64,000 nt of DNA from an uncultured virus (IMG/VR IMGVR_UViG_3300013110_000406). Its lineage: Duplodnaviria; Heunggongvirae; Uroviricota; Caudoviricetes. The stretch is taken from the IMG/VR virus record IMGVR_UViG_3300013110_000406. One strand, written 5' to 3'. Below, piece by piece: positions 47,889 to 56,372 of this stretch; within the stretch, counting starts at the first letter, position 1; the number at the start of each line of letters is the position of its first letter. The notes under the pieces were generated by a model, which was given only the letters and a program-made list of their open reading frames with translations, was not told where the DNA came from and did not search any database. A program made the position numbers and the translations under genes.

Positions 47889-48711
47889 ACATAACAAAAA
47901 AAGAAATACCGCATTTGTTTATGAGGCGTTGATTCGCGAAGCAACCGCGGCCATCTTAAAGAAAGACACGATACAGTGTAATAAGATCGTGGACCTTATT
48001 AAGAAGCACTTCAAACCAGGAAGTCTTTTGCGACAAGATTTAGAATGCCATCGATCTCTTTATGAAAGTTGTGGCTTCGATAAAGAAACGTCAGAAAAGA
48101 TTCTACGGGAAGCAAAATTAGCTAGCCGTCTTTTGGATTTCACTGGATTGTTTAAAGAGCAAAGCGCTCTTATAGATGACATAAATAAAGAATTAGACTC
48201 GTCTGTTTTCAATGCCTTTGTGCCCAACTATAAAACTTTGGCATCGATATCTCAGATTTTTTCGACCAAGACATCGCCTCGCGATCAAGTACTCTTGGAG
48301 CAGGAGATTGTTACTAGTATGTGTAGAGAAGGTACGGTCGAGACAGAAGAAAACGATATTGATAATTTGGTTATTAAAACATTTGTAGAAAAGTTTAATG
48401 ATAAATACGGCGACGACCTCTTGCAAGAACAAAAAGAACTCTTGACACACTATATTTCATCTTTTGCTGACAACGCGCTCGAACTGAAGATTTTTCTTAA
48501 TGAGGAAATTGGGCGACTTAAAGAATGTTTAAACAAGGCTAAAGACGTTGACGAAATTAAAAGCGATCCTGAAATGTCTACCAAAACTCATCGAGTGATC
48601 GAGCGCTTAGATAAGTTTGCAACAGTCGCTGTTAACGAGGAATTGCTTTTAACGGTGCTAAAAACTCAAAGCTTAGTAAAGGAAATCTATTCAGATGGCA
48701 ATAACAGTTAG
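47878..48711 (+). CDS. Head-module hypothetical protein
   Basis: MKGRHNKKRNTAFVYEALIRE start; helical; directly after the portal. Confidence 0.75.
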   Translation: MKGRHNKKRNTAFVYEALIREATAAILKKDTIQCNKIVDLIKKHFKPGSLLRQDLECHRSLYESCGFDKETSEKILREAKLASRLLDFTGLFKEQSALIDDINKELDSSVFNAFVPNYKTLASISQIFSTKTSPRDQVLLEQEIVTSMCREGTVETEENDIDNLVIKTFVEKFNDKYGDDLLQEQKELLTHYISSFADNALELKIFLNEEIGRLKECLNKAKDVDEIKSDPEMSTKTHRVIERLDKFATVAVNEELLLTVLKTQSLVKEIYSDGNNS

Positions 48712-49234
48712 AATTGGACAGGCGGCAGACGACGCAGTAGTGCGCCTTGAATTAGATGTGCGTAAGAGTATGAATGGAGATCTGATGATTTTTGATCACG
48801 GCGATATCGATATCGTACTTTCTACACGCACCAACAAGATCACTACCTTCCCCAAAGAAACCTTGAATGATTTAGTTTACGGAGCCCAAAATCGCTTGTT
48901 TGCCGAATTACGAAAGAAAGGCCTTGTCGTAGCAGATTCTATTCAAGCCGGAGGCTTTTATGGATCGGTTGAAGCACTAATGGAAGAAGCATCGTCAGAA
49001 AGCTTAAGCACTCCGAAGCTGGCTCTCATTAATATTTCTAACTTTATTGAAGAAGAGCGCCCCTACTTTGAAACAACAGAAGCAATTATTGGGATGGCTG
49101 ACGACGAGCTTATCCATCCGGATAAACAAGACTCTACTGAACTTGGAGAAGTTCCCCAGCACAGTGACCAGGGCTCTATTCGTCCAGGCTTTATTCGCGA
49201 TCCATACTCGTTGAGCTACCTATATACAATTTAA
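48695..49234 (+). CDS. Hypothetical protein
   Basis: 179-aa ORF overlapping the previous stop, AAGGA SD. Confidence 0.7.
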   Translation: MAITVRIGQAADDAVVRLELDVRKSMNGDLMIFDHGDIDIVLSTRTNKITTFPKETLNDLVYGAQNRLFAELRKKGLVVADSIQAGGFYGSVEALMEEASSESLSTPKLALINISNFIEEERPYFETTEAIIGMADDELIHPDKQDSTELGEVPQHSDQGSIRPGFIRDPYSLSYLYTI

Positions 49235-49783
49235 ATGAAACTCTTATTAGAACATTGGAATCGGTATCTCCAAGAAGAGGAAGAGGCGCGCCCTCTCTAT
49301 GGCGACGAAAAAGAAGATGCCCCTGACTCCGAAGAGTCGACCGAAGAATTTCAAAAATATGTAGAAGCAGAAAGGAAAAAAACTATGGCGGCATGCGCCG
49401 ACGTTAGAGAATTTGAGCCCGAGCAACGCTCCAGCCCAGAATTTGCAACCGCTTTAGAGAAGTGTAAAAAAGCTAATGAAGAACTAGAAAACAATATTCG
49501 AGAAAAATCTCCTTTTAATATTGGTGATAATCCCGACAATGCTCCCGCAGACCCTACACCCGAAGAGCCTCAACAAAACAAGGGGCGAGACGTACAAAAC
49601 GTAATGCGGTCAAATCAAGTTAAATTAACCAACGTTGAGAAAGAAGTTGGTTCGATAGAACAGGATTTGGAAACTATTATACAGAGAGTTCAAGCCTTAT
49701 TAGGTCGCGTCCGACAGGAACTTACAGAAAGCGATATTCGAGAGATCATCAAAGAAGAATACAAGCTTTATCAGGAGCAGTAG
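49235..49783 (+). CDS. Acidic protein with MKLLLEHWNRYL leader and C-terminal IREIIKEE tag
   Basis: Carries both tag types. Confidence 0.7.
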   Translation: MKLLLEHWNRYLQEEEEARPLYGDEKEDAPDSEESTEEFQKYVEAERKKTMAACADVREFEPEQRSSPEFATALEKCKKANEELENNIREKSPFNIGDNPDNAPADPTPEEPQQNKGRDVQNVMRSNQVKLTNVEKEVGSIEQDLETIIQRVQALLGRVRQELTESDIREIIKEEYKLYQEQ

Positions 49784-50088
49784 TGGAATTATTATACTTT
49801 ATATTGGCATCTTATGGTCTTACCCAGATCTTAGTCTACGGAAAAGTCTTTGATGCTCTTCGTCCTACGAGAGGATGGCTTGGACAACTGTTCAGGTGCC
49901 CCATGTGCATTGGTTTTCATGTAGGGTGGATTTTAATGCTACTTTCTCCTTACACAGAACTATTTAATTTTGATGTAACACCGGTAAATTATCTTATTTT
50001 AGGGTGTCTTTCTTCGGGGACATCTTATATTCTTAATATGATTATCGGAGATGAAGGAATAAAACATGAACACAAACGCATGGAATAA
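49783..50088 (+). CDS. Membrane protein with CPMC motif (DUF1360-like)
   Basis: Hydrophobic segments around LFRCPMCIGFHVG; GTG start after AGGAG. Confidence 0.65.
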   Translation: MELLYFILASYGLTQILVYGKVFDALRPTRGWLGQLFRCPMCIGFHVGWILMLLSPYTELFNFDVTPVNYLILGCLSSGTSYILNMIIGDEGIKHEHKRME

Positions 50089-50134
50089 TAAGTGGATGCT
50101 GCAGCCGGTCAGACGGTGCTGCAAAGGTTCTTAG
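50066..50134 (+). CDS. Possible 22-aa peptide MNTNAWNNKWMLQPVRRCCKGS
   Basis: AAGGA SD; fills the gap before the protease start at 50137. Confidence 0.4.
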   Translation: MNTNAWNNKWMLQPVRRCCKGS

Positions 50135-50136
50135 CT

Positions 50137-50745
50137 ATGGGAAAGAAATTACTAAGAGAATATTACGCGCTTTGCGAAGGCGGCGTATGCCAAGATCTGT
50201 TAACGGAAGATGAGAAGCGCTTCGTTGCTAGCGGAGGAATGATGCTTTCGGGCAAACTCCAAGAAGCAGATGTGCAAAACGGCAACGGTCGTATTTACCC
50301 TTACCGTGTATTAATGCGAGAAATTGAAACTTACAAAAAACTCGTAAAAGAAAATCGTGCTCTCGGAGAGCTTGATCATCCAGATGATTCTGTCATCAAT
50401 TTAAAGAATGCATCGCATATGGTGACTGATGTATGGATGGAAAATAAAAATGTGATGGGCAAAGTAAAAGTACTGGACACCCCATCGGGCAATATCTTGC
50501 GCGGCCTTGTAAATAGCGGCGCACAGCTTGGTATCTCTTCACGAGGAATGGGATCGGTGAGTGAGGCTCAAGGACAAACAATCGTCGAAGACGATTTCCA
50601 ACTTATCTGTTTTGATTTTGTATCGGAACCCTCAACACCGGGAGCATATATGATGAAAGAGGCCAAAGACTTAAGCACTCCCAATGTCTTTACCAAAGCT
50701 GATCGTATCAATCGCTTATTGAACGAGGTATTGACGGATGAGTGA
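50137..50745 (+). CDS. Prohead core protease (T4 gp21-like)
   Basis: NGNGRIYP, ALGELDHP, VLDTPSG, GISSRGMGS, FDFVSEPSTPGA; probable start MGKKLLRE at 50137. Confidence 0.95.
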   Translation: MGKKLLREYYALCEGGVCQDLLTEDEKRFVASGGMMLSGKLQEADVQNGNGRIYPYRVLMREIETYKKLVKENRALGELDHPDDSVINLKNASHMVTDVWMENKNVMGKVKVLDTPSGNILRGLVNSGAQLGISSRGMGSVSEAQGQTIVEDDFQLICFDFVSEPSTPGAYMMKEAKDLSTPNVFTKADRINRLLNEVLTDE

Positions 50746-51808
50746 GCAATGGTCTAGTTATAGTGACCAGCAACAACGCGTTGCAACCTGGAGAACCTTT
50801 TTAAACGAAGGTTCTTTTCTGCAACGCTTGCGAAAAAAAAGCGCTCCCGGCCTGGAAGACATGTCGGATGCCGAACTTCGTGGAGTATTTGCGACCGACC
50901 CGGATCCAGCAAACCAGCGTCAAGCAGCATACCTCTATATTAGACGTGCAAGCAACACTGAAGAGCAACAAAGCCGCACAGAAGAATTAATGGACATTGC
51001 CAAGTCTAAAGATCCTACACCCACATCGCGTACTGGGACGACTGCCTTGGGTGAACCGGTCCCCCCCATCCCAGATGAGCCCTCACGACTTAGCACACGC
51101 ATGCCCACCACTACTCCGGCACCAGTCGAAGACGAAGAGATGGTCGTTTGGGCAAAAAAAAGCGCACCTCCACTAAAAAAGGCTCTTGAAAGTGGGGGTT
51201 CCAAAGATGTAGCAGAGGCGCGCACTTGGATCGCACGCCGGACGGAGGAAGAAAAAAACGCTCTGATAAACGCTCTGGCAGATATCGGACACACTTTTGT
51301 AGAAGACGATTCCGCAGATGAGAGCCCTGGTTCAGAAGAGACAGATATACCGGAACCTCTTCTTAATAGCGACGACCACACTTTAACTGTGATTCATTTT
51401 CTTGGATTGGATGACGCACCTTTGGATTCTATTCATTACCCAACAGACGAAGCCTGGATGAATGCATCGGAGAGGCAGAAGCGAATCTGGTATCGTTATT
51501 ACGCGGATGTTATACAGGATCGCGGCCAGGATTCGGACGGTGAAGATCCTTTATATAGATCATTTCACAGCTTTTTCTTGAAGCCCGAGACGGATCTCTT
51601 TCTCCCAGAAGCGTTTCGCCAGTGGCTCGCTTGGGAAATTGAGAATCCTGAAAAAACACCTGAAGTAAAAGCTTGGTGCGGCGAAAAAGAATGCACCCCG
51701 GCCGACATTGAGAGCAAACGCGAGTCACTTAAAGAGCTTTATATATTGGAAGAATCTCAAATGAGACGGTGGCACCAATTAGCAGGAATTAACCCGAGAG
51801 TATTATGA
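50738..51808 (+). CDS. Hypothetical acidic protein with WRTFLNE leader variant and C-terminal RRWHQLAGI
   Basis: 356-aa ORF overlapping both neighbours. Confidence 0.7.
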   Translation: MSEQWSSYSDQQQRVATWRTFLNEGSFLQRLRKKSAPGLEDMSDAELRGVFATDPDPANQRQAAYLYIRRASNTEEQQSRTEELMDIAKSKDPTPTSRTGTTALGEPVPPIPDEPSRLSTRMPTTTPAPVEDEEMVVWAKKSAPPLKKALESGGSKDVAEARTWIARRTEEEKNALINALADIGHTFVEDDSADESPGSEETDIPEPLLNSDDHTLTVIHFLGLDDAPLDSIHYPTDEAWMNASERQKRIWYRYYADVIQDRGQDSDGEDPLYRSFHSFFLKPETDLFLPEAFRQWLAWEIENPEKTPEVKAWCGEKECTPADIESKRESLKELYILEESQMRRWHQLAGINPRVL

Positions 51809-52224
51809 AAAAATCAGACCTTAAACAATTAATCAAGCCACTTGTCAAAGAGTGTATTCATGAAGTCCTCCTTGAAGAAGGGCTTTTATCCAATGTGGTT
51901 TCCGAAGTGGCGAAAGGGCTCCAGACGACCCCGCTTGTGGAAGTGCAGCAGTCTTCGAATCAGGGACCAACACCATCAGTCGGCATTCAGACGACCGAAC
52001 AAGACGTGGCGTCACGGGCTCAGTTAAAAGAATATAGAAAAAAGATGATGGAAGTTGTAGGAAAAGATGCGTATCAGGGAGTGGACTTATTTGAGAATAC
52101 AGCCCCACTCTCAAATCACATTCCAGAACAAGGAAGCGCAGACTTAGGAGATCCCAGTGACGCTGGAGTGGACATTAGCTCTTTAGTAGGAAATTCCTCT
52201 AAAATTTGGCAGGCATTAAAGTAG
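51805..52224 (+). CDS. Hypothetical protein with MKKSDLKQLIK..VKECI leader
   Basis: ATGA overlap; leader variant. Confidence 0.7.
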   Translation: MKKSDLKQLIKPLVKECIHEVLLEEGLLSNVVSEVAKGLQTTPLVEVQQSSNQGPTPSVGIQTTEQDVASRAQLKEYRKKMMEVVGKDAYQGVDLFENTAPLSNHIPEQGSADLGDPSDAGVDISSLVGNSSKIWQALK

Positions 52225-52228
52225 ACTT

Positions 52229-52471
52229 ATGGCCCGAGCAACCCACATTAAAGTAACTGCACGCGAGTGTCACGGAAACACCGAGCGCATGATCCGACGT
52301 TTTATTAAGAAAGTAAAAAAAGAACGTATTATTGAGAGCGTTAAGGACAAAAGACACTACAAAAAACCTTCTGTTGCAAAGAAGGAAAAACGCATTCGTG
52401 CGGCTCGGCAAAGGATCCGAGACGAACAAAAACGAAAGAGAGCGCAACAAAGGCGCGCTAGAAATATTTAG
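52229..52471 (+). CDS. rpsU: Ribosomal protein bS21 homolog
   Basis: IKV..RE...ERMIRRFIKKVKKERIIESVKDKRHYKKPSVAKKEKR matches the bS21 pattern (E.ALRRFKK......I..E.K.R..Y.KPS..R); 80 aa, very basic. Confidence 0.88.
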   Translation: MARATHIKVTARECHGNTERMIRRFIKKVKKERIIESVKDKRHYKKPSVAKKEKRIRAARQRIRDEQKRKRAQQRRARNI

Positions 52472-52473
52472 GC

Positions 52474-52482
52474 ACTATTTAT
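52474..52482 (+). promoter_or_regulatory. Putative late promoter ACTATTTAT
   Basis: Intergenic, about 30 nt before the start at 52513. Confidence 0.65.
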
Positions 52483-52512
52483 AGTGTATATTAAAAATTT
52501 AGGAGATTTATA

Positions 52513-52944
52513 ATGGCAAATTGGAATCCATCATGGAAAACAGAAGTAGGTTTAAACCATGTTGGGGCATATCAAGTTAGTGGGCAACCATACGCTTCTG
52601 GCAATCTTGACTGTGGAAATGCAAAACAAGTTGAGTTCCCCTATGTAACTCGATGGTTTCAGGTTATTAATCGAGAAGCCTTCCCCGTGCGTGTTGGGTT
52701 TTCTCAATTGGGAGTTTCTGGGAGTAATTATTTTACTTGCCCGCCCTCTGCATCGGCTGCCCCAAGTAGTACGGGAGTGCTGGAGGCAAAGGTTTCTGAA
52801 GTGTGGCTATATAGCCCGGGCAACCCTACTGCCAAGGCCGATGTTGTGGCTGGCTTAACTAGTGTTCCGCGCGGAAGAACGACAGTTTCATCTTCCACCG
52901 ATGGGCTTCTCCCATCATGGAGCGGTTCAGTAGGAGTAGGCTAG
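52513..52944 (+). CDS. Small virion protein
   Basis: AGGAG SD and upstream ACTATTTAT; GLNHVGAYQVSGQPY. Confidence 0.7.
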   Translation: MANWNPSWKTEVGLNHVGAYQVSGQPYASGNLDCGNAKQVEFPYVTRWFQVINREAFPVRVGFSQLGVSGSNYFTCPPSASAAPSSTGVLEAKVSEVWLYSPGNPTAKADVVAGLTSVPRGRTTVSSSTDGLLPSWSGSVGVG

Positions 52945-52945
52945 A

Positions 52946-53716
52946 ATGGCCACTTTTGGATGGGCATATATAAACTGCGAAGACTCTGGTTCTGCTAGCA
53001 CTGGAGGACAAGCTGATGGTCCCACCGGATCAATACAGTTTGTAACCGGCTCTAACGCGACCAGTGGTTCGGCTAACTTGTTGTGGTATACCGCATCGTA
53101 TGGCGGCTATAATGCCAATACACTTGTATTAACAGGCGCATTGGTCGTCACCGGTGCGATTAGTGCTAGTCACTTTCACATTGAAAACATAGCAGTTATC
53201 GATGCCACCGGCTCTACTTATTTTGGTAATAGCTCCGACGATTCGCACGTTAGAACGGGAAGTCTTTATATTTCGCAGAACACTATTCTTGGAAGCGATT
53301 ATACAGCCGACCATAAAATCAGTGGCAGTCTTCAAATTTATGGCAGTAGTTCTGTCTCTGGTCCTGCTCTCGCTATCGAATATTCACAGTCGGCCGGAAT
53401 TCTCACGGTCCCCGGCTTACGGGTTCAATATACACAAATTACAGAGACTGCCGGCACTACGGGTTCGCAAGGCGACTATATTATTGGAATCCGCGCCGGC
53501 GATGCAAACACTAACTATCGGCTCCCCAGTGCCTCCTTAGCTGGAACGGGATCCTTGCGTGTCATTAAGGATGAGGTGGCATCGCGCTCAGGAACAAAAA
53601 TTTATGTTTCCTCTTCGTCGCCCGATACCATTGATGGGCAAGCTAGCTATATATTGACTGGCACAATGCCAGCTATTAATTTGTATTCTGACGGACACGA
53701 TTGGTATATATTCTAG
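52946..53716 (+). CDS. Fibre-like protein 1 with the shared C-terminal beta domain
   Basis: Ends RLPSAS..G..RVIKDE...TIDGQ..L....INLYSDGHDWYIF. Confidence 0.7.
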   Translation: MATFGWAYINCEDSGSASTGGQADGPTGSIQFVTGSNATSGSANLLWYTASYGGYNANTLVLTGALVVTGAISASHFHIENIAVIDATGSTYFGNSSDDSHVRTGSLYISQNTILGSDYTADHKISGSLQIYGSSSVSGPALAIEYSQSAGILTVPGLRVQYTQITETAGTTGSQGDYIIGIRAGDANTNYRLPSASLAGTGSLRVIKDEVASRSGTKIYVSSSSPDTIDGQASYILTGTMPAINLYSDGHDWYIF

Positions 53717-53732
53717 GAGGTAAAAGTATCGT

Positions 53733-54530
53733 ATGGGCTACAATACTTTATCAGGTACCGTCCTTGCTCCACTAGAATTTATTCCTGGCGACTTAGTAGT
53801 TGGGAATATCCTATCTGGTAATTTAAGCACTTCGGATGGATCCTCTGTTATTAATGTTCCGCGGGTAACCAATCCTACCGATAATGCTATTCTCACCAAC
53901 ATAGGAGGAGACGCCAATAGTCTTACGTGTGAAACTAATCTCACTTTTGATGGCAGTGAATTAGTAATCACGGGGTATGTGACGGCCAGCATTGGATTGT
54001 CTGCCTCTTATTTGGAGGGAGACGGAAGCCGTCTTAGCGGTATTACAGGCGGCGGCGGCGGTGATGGCATCTTCACGATTATAGATGGCTCTCACGCATA
54101 TGTCACCAGTAGTCTTAATGTTGGTGGACAGACATCACCCACTCATCAACTGGTGGTTAGCGGCACTGTTTCCTCTAGTGTTAATGTGTCTGCTTCAGCA
54201 TTTTATGGATCGGCAATGATTTTAGCCGGCGGCTTATCCTTGAATCGAGTATCGGTGAGTGGTCATGTAACAGCTTCTAAAAACGATTATTATCTAGGCG
54301 TGGATTCTACCAATACAGCCATAGAAATTCGCCTCTTAAATGCTGCTCTATTGGACAGCGGCCAAACTTATGTGGTAAAGGACGAGAGTGGCAACGCTGA
54401 TAACAACAATATAACGATTAGGACCAGCGGATCCCAGACTATTGATGGACAAAATGCAGTAGTTTTGATGTCCCCTCACGCATCAATCTCGATTTATTGT
54501 AATGGGTCCGATAAATACTTTATTTATTGA
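53733..54530 (+). CDS. Fibre-like protein 2
   Basis: Ends GQTYVVKDESGNADNNNITI..SGSQTIDGQ..SISIYCNG. Confidence 0.7.
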   Translation: MGYNTLSGTVLAPLEFIPGDLVVGNILSGNLSTSDGSSVINVPRVTNPTDNAILTNIGGDANSLTCETNLTFDGSELVITGYVTASIGLSASYLEGDGSRLSGITGGGGGDGIFTIIDGSHAYVTSSLNVGGQTSPTHQLVVSGTVSSSVNVSASAFYGSAMILAGGLSLNRVSVSGHVTASKNDYYLGVDSTNTAIEIRLLNAALLDSGQTYVVKDESGNADNNNITIRTSGSQTIDGQNAVVLMSPHASISIYCNGSDKYFIY

Positions 54531-54652
54531 GTTTTTATATACTGGCGCCAACTAATTAATAGCGAGCCCACATGCAAATGTGGTGCTTGGGGTGCTTGCT
54601 GTATAACAAGCATCCTGCCTAAAAAAAACTATAATATGGAGGGTTTTTAAAA

Positions 54653-56236
54653 ATGGCTTATTTATTTCAATCGGGTAGTATGGAGGCACAGCTTTCGGGC
54701 GGTATGGACTTCAACTATTCTAATGTTGAAACTGACAAAATGATGGCGATCAATTCTGATGCGACATCTCGCGCCGCAGCAGCAGGTGTATTCGGACTTG
54801 GTGCCGATGGATCGGCTGATGGTGCGTTATACTGGAATGGTTCAGAACTCGTGGTTGCGGCCGCGACGACGGATATTTTTGCGGTAGGCGCCAACGGCGT
54901 TAATCTTTCGCAAAGCGGAGATTACTACAGTATTCAAGGTACCAGCGTTCTTAACGCAACTACTCTTGGTAGCGCAGTCGTCGCTTCGTCTCTGACGAGT
55001 CTTGGCACTCAAGGTGAAGCTCTGGATATGGGCGACAACAACATCTCTAATGTTGGGGATATCGACTGTGATAGCATCAGTGTTGCTGATGCAGCAAATG
55101 GTCTTGATGTTATTTTCGGTGGTGACAGTGGCACTAATAAAATGTCACTTACTGACAATCTGGCAATTGCGCTTGATGTTACACAAGGTGCGAATTCTTA
55201 CCTCAAGTTTGTTACAACGGACGGGTCTGAACAAATTACTTTTGGAAAGAACAGTACATTTAATGGCACAACTATTGCTGATCTCGGTACTGTCACGACT
55301 GCCGACATTAACGGTGGTTCTCTCGACGGCGTCACTATCGGTGCCGCTTCTGCAGGTGCTGGTACTTTTGCCGCTCTTATCGGAACGAGCTTAAGCGTTA
55401 GTGATGGCGACATCACAAACGTTGGAGTTCTGGAGGCCGACACTATTCAATCCGATGCAGATGCATCGGGTTTGAATATTAACTTTGATGGTAATACTGG
55501 CACCAACAAGATTACGATCAATGATGGTTTAGCTACCGGTCTGCTTGTTGAAGACTCCGGTGGCAATGATTTCATGATCTTTTCTACTGATGGCGATGAT
55601 AACATTAAATTTAAAAAGGGTACTACATTTAATGGCACGACCATTGCTGATCTCGGTACTGTCACGACTGCCACGTCTATTACGTCGACCGACTTAATTG
55701 GTACTAACATTGATGGTATTATCGGCGCCGACACTGCTCGCGCTGGTACTTTCACCAGTCTTGATTGTACCGATGGCGCATTCGCTGTCGCCAATCTTGA
55801 CATCGACGGTGCAACTGACATTGGCGCTGCTCTGGTAGACGCTGACTTGTTCATTGTTGATGATGGTGCTGGTGGAACAAACCGTAAGAGTACTTTGTCT
55901 CGACTTAAGACTTACATCGGTGCTGGTAACGAGGCTGTGGAAGTTCACGGCGTACACGGCAATCAACTTCTGAGTGGTGGCATGAATGTTGCTACAGGAA
56001 GTTTCGCTGCAAATCGCACCTGGACTCTGCCGCGTTGCAGTAGCATTTCCGAAGGTGAGATCTATCGCGTCAAAGTAACGGGCTTGGACGGCAACACGCT
56101 GACCGTGGCTGTTAACGCTAATGATTCAATCGATGACTTGGCTGTAGATGTTGATCTCGAACTTAACTCAGACAATGGTTCTATCTCGCTTATGTGCGTC
56201 GATACTGACTCTGCTGGTAAGTGGAAGATCTTTTAA
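54653..56236 (+). CDS. Fibre-like protein 3 with a 123-aa internal duplication
   Basis: Gly/Asp/Thr-rich; TFNGTTIADLGTVTTA occurs twice; same C-terminal domain type. Confidence 0.75.
   Translation: MAYLFQSGSMEAQLSGGMDFNYSNVETDKMMAINSDATSRAAAAGVFGLGADGSADGALYWNGSELVVAAATTDIFAVGANGVNLSQSGDYYSIQGTSVLNATTLGSAVVASSLTSLGTQGEALDMGDNNISNVGDIDCDSISVADAANGLDVIFGGDSGTNKMSLTDNLAIALDVTQGANSYLKFVTTDGSEQITFGKNSTFNGTTIADLGTVTTADINGGSLDGVTIGAASAGAGTFAALIGTSLSVSDGDITNVGVLEADTIQSDADASGLNINFDGNTGTNKITINDGLATGLLVEDSGGNDFMIFSTDGDDNIKFKKGTTFNGTTIADLGTVTTATSITSTDLIGTNIDGIIGADTARAGTFTSLDCTDGAFAVANLDIDGATDIGAALVDADLFIVDDGAGGTNRKSTLSRLKTYIGAGNEAVEVHGVHGNQLLSGGMNVATGSFAANRTWTLPRCSSISEGEIYRVKVTGLDGNTLTVAVNANDSIDDLAVDVDLELNSDNGSISLMCVDTDSAGKWKIF
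55255..55672 (+). repeat. 49-nt direct repeat (55255-55303 and 55624-55672), 369 nt apart
   Basis: 47/49 identical by manual alignment. Confidence 0.9.
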
Positions 56237-56280
56237 TCTCGAACTTGTTTCAGATGAAGAATTTCATTCTTTAAAATATT

Positions 56281-56315
56281 GGGCGCCCCTCCTTGTGGGG
56301 GGCGTCCTCTTTTTT
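56281..56315 (+). terminator. Rho-independent terminator
   Basis: GGGCGCCCCTC / GGGGGGCGTCC GC-rich stem followed by TCTTTTTT. Confidence 0.85.
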
Positions 56316-56319
56316 ATAA

Positions 56320-56328
56320 ACTATTTAT
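56320..56328 (+). promoter_or_regulatory. Putative late promoter ACTATTTAT
   Basis: Immediately downstream of a terminator and upstream of 56373. Confidence 0.7.
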
Positions 56329-56372
56329 AGCAGATAAATAAAATAATATTCTATTTACAATGGACCCTTCTT

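Noticed and set aside
50833..51165. Two A8-GCGC runs as possible frameshift sites
   Set aside because: Both read in frame as KKSAP and I saw no useful alternative-frame product
55255..55672. Repeat pair considered as a DGR template/variable repeat
   Set aside because: Both copies are in one ORF, the mismatches are synonymous and not adenine-specific, and no reverse transcriptase is visible
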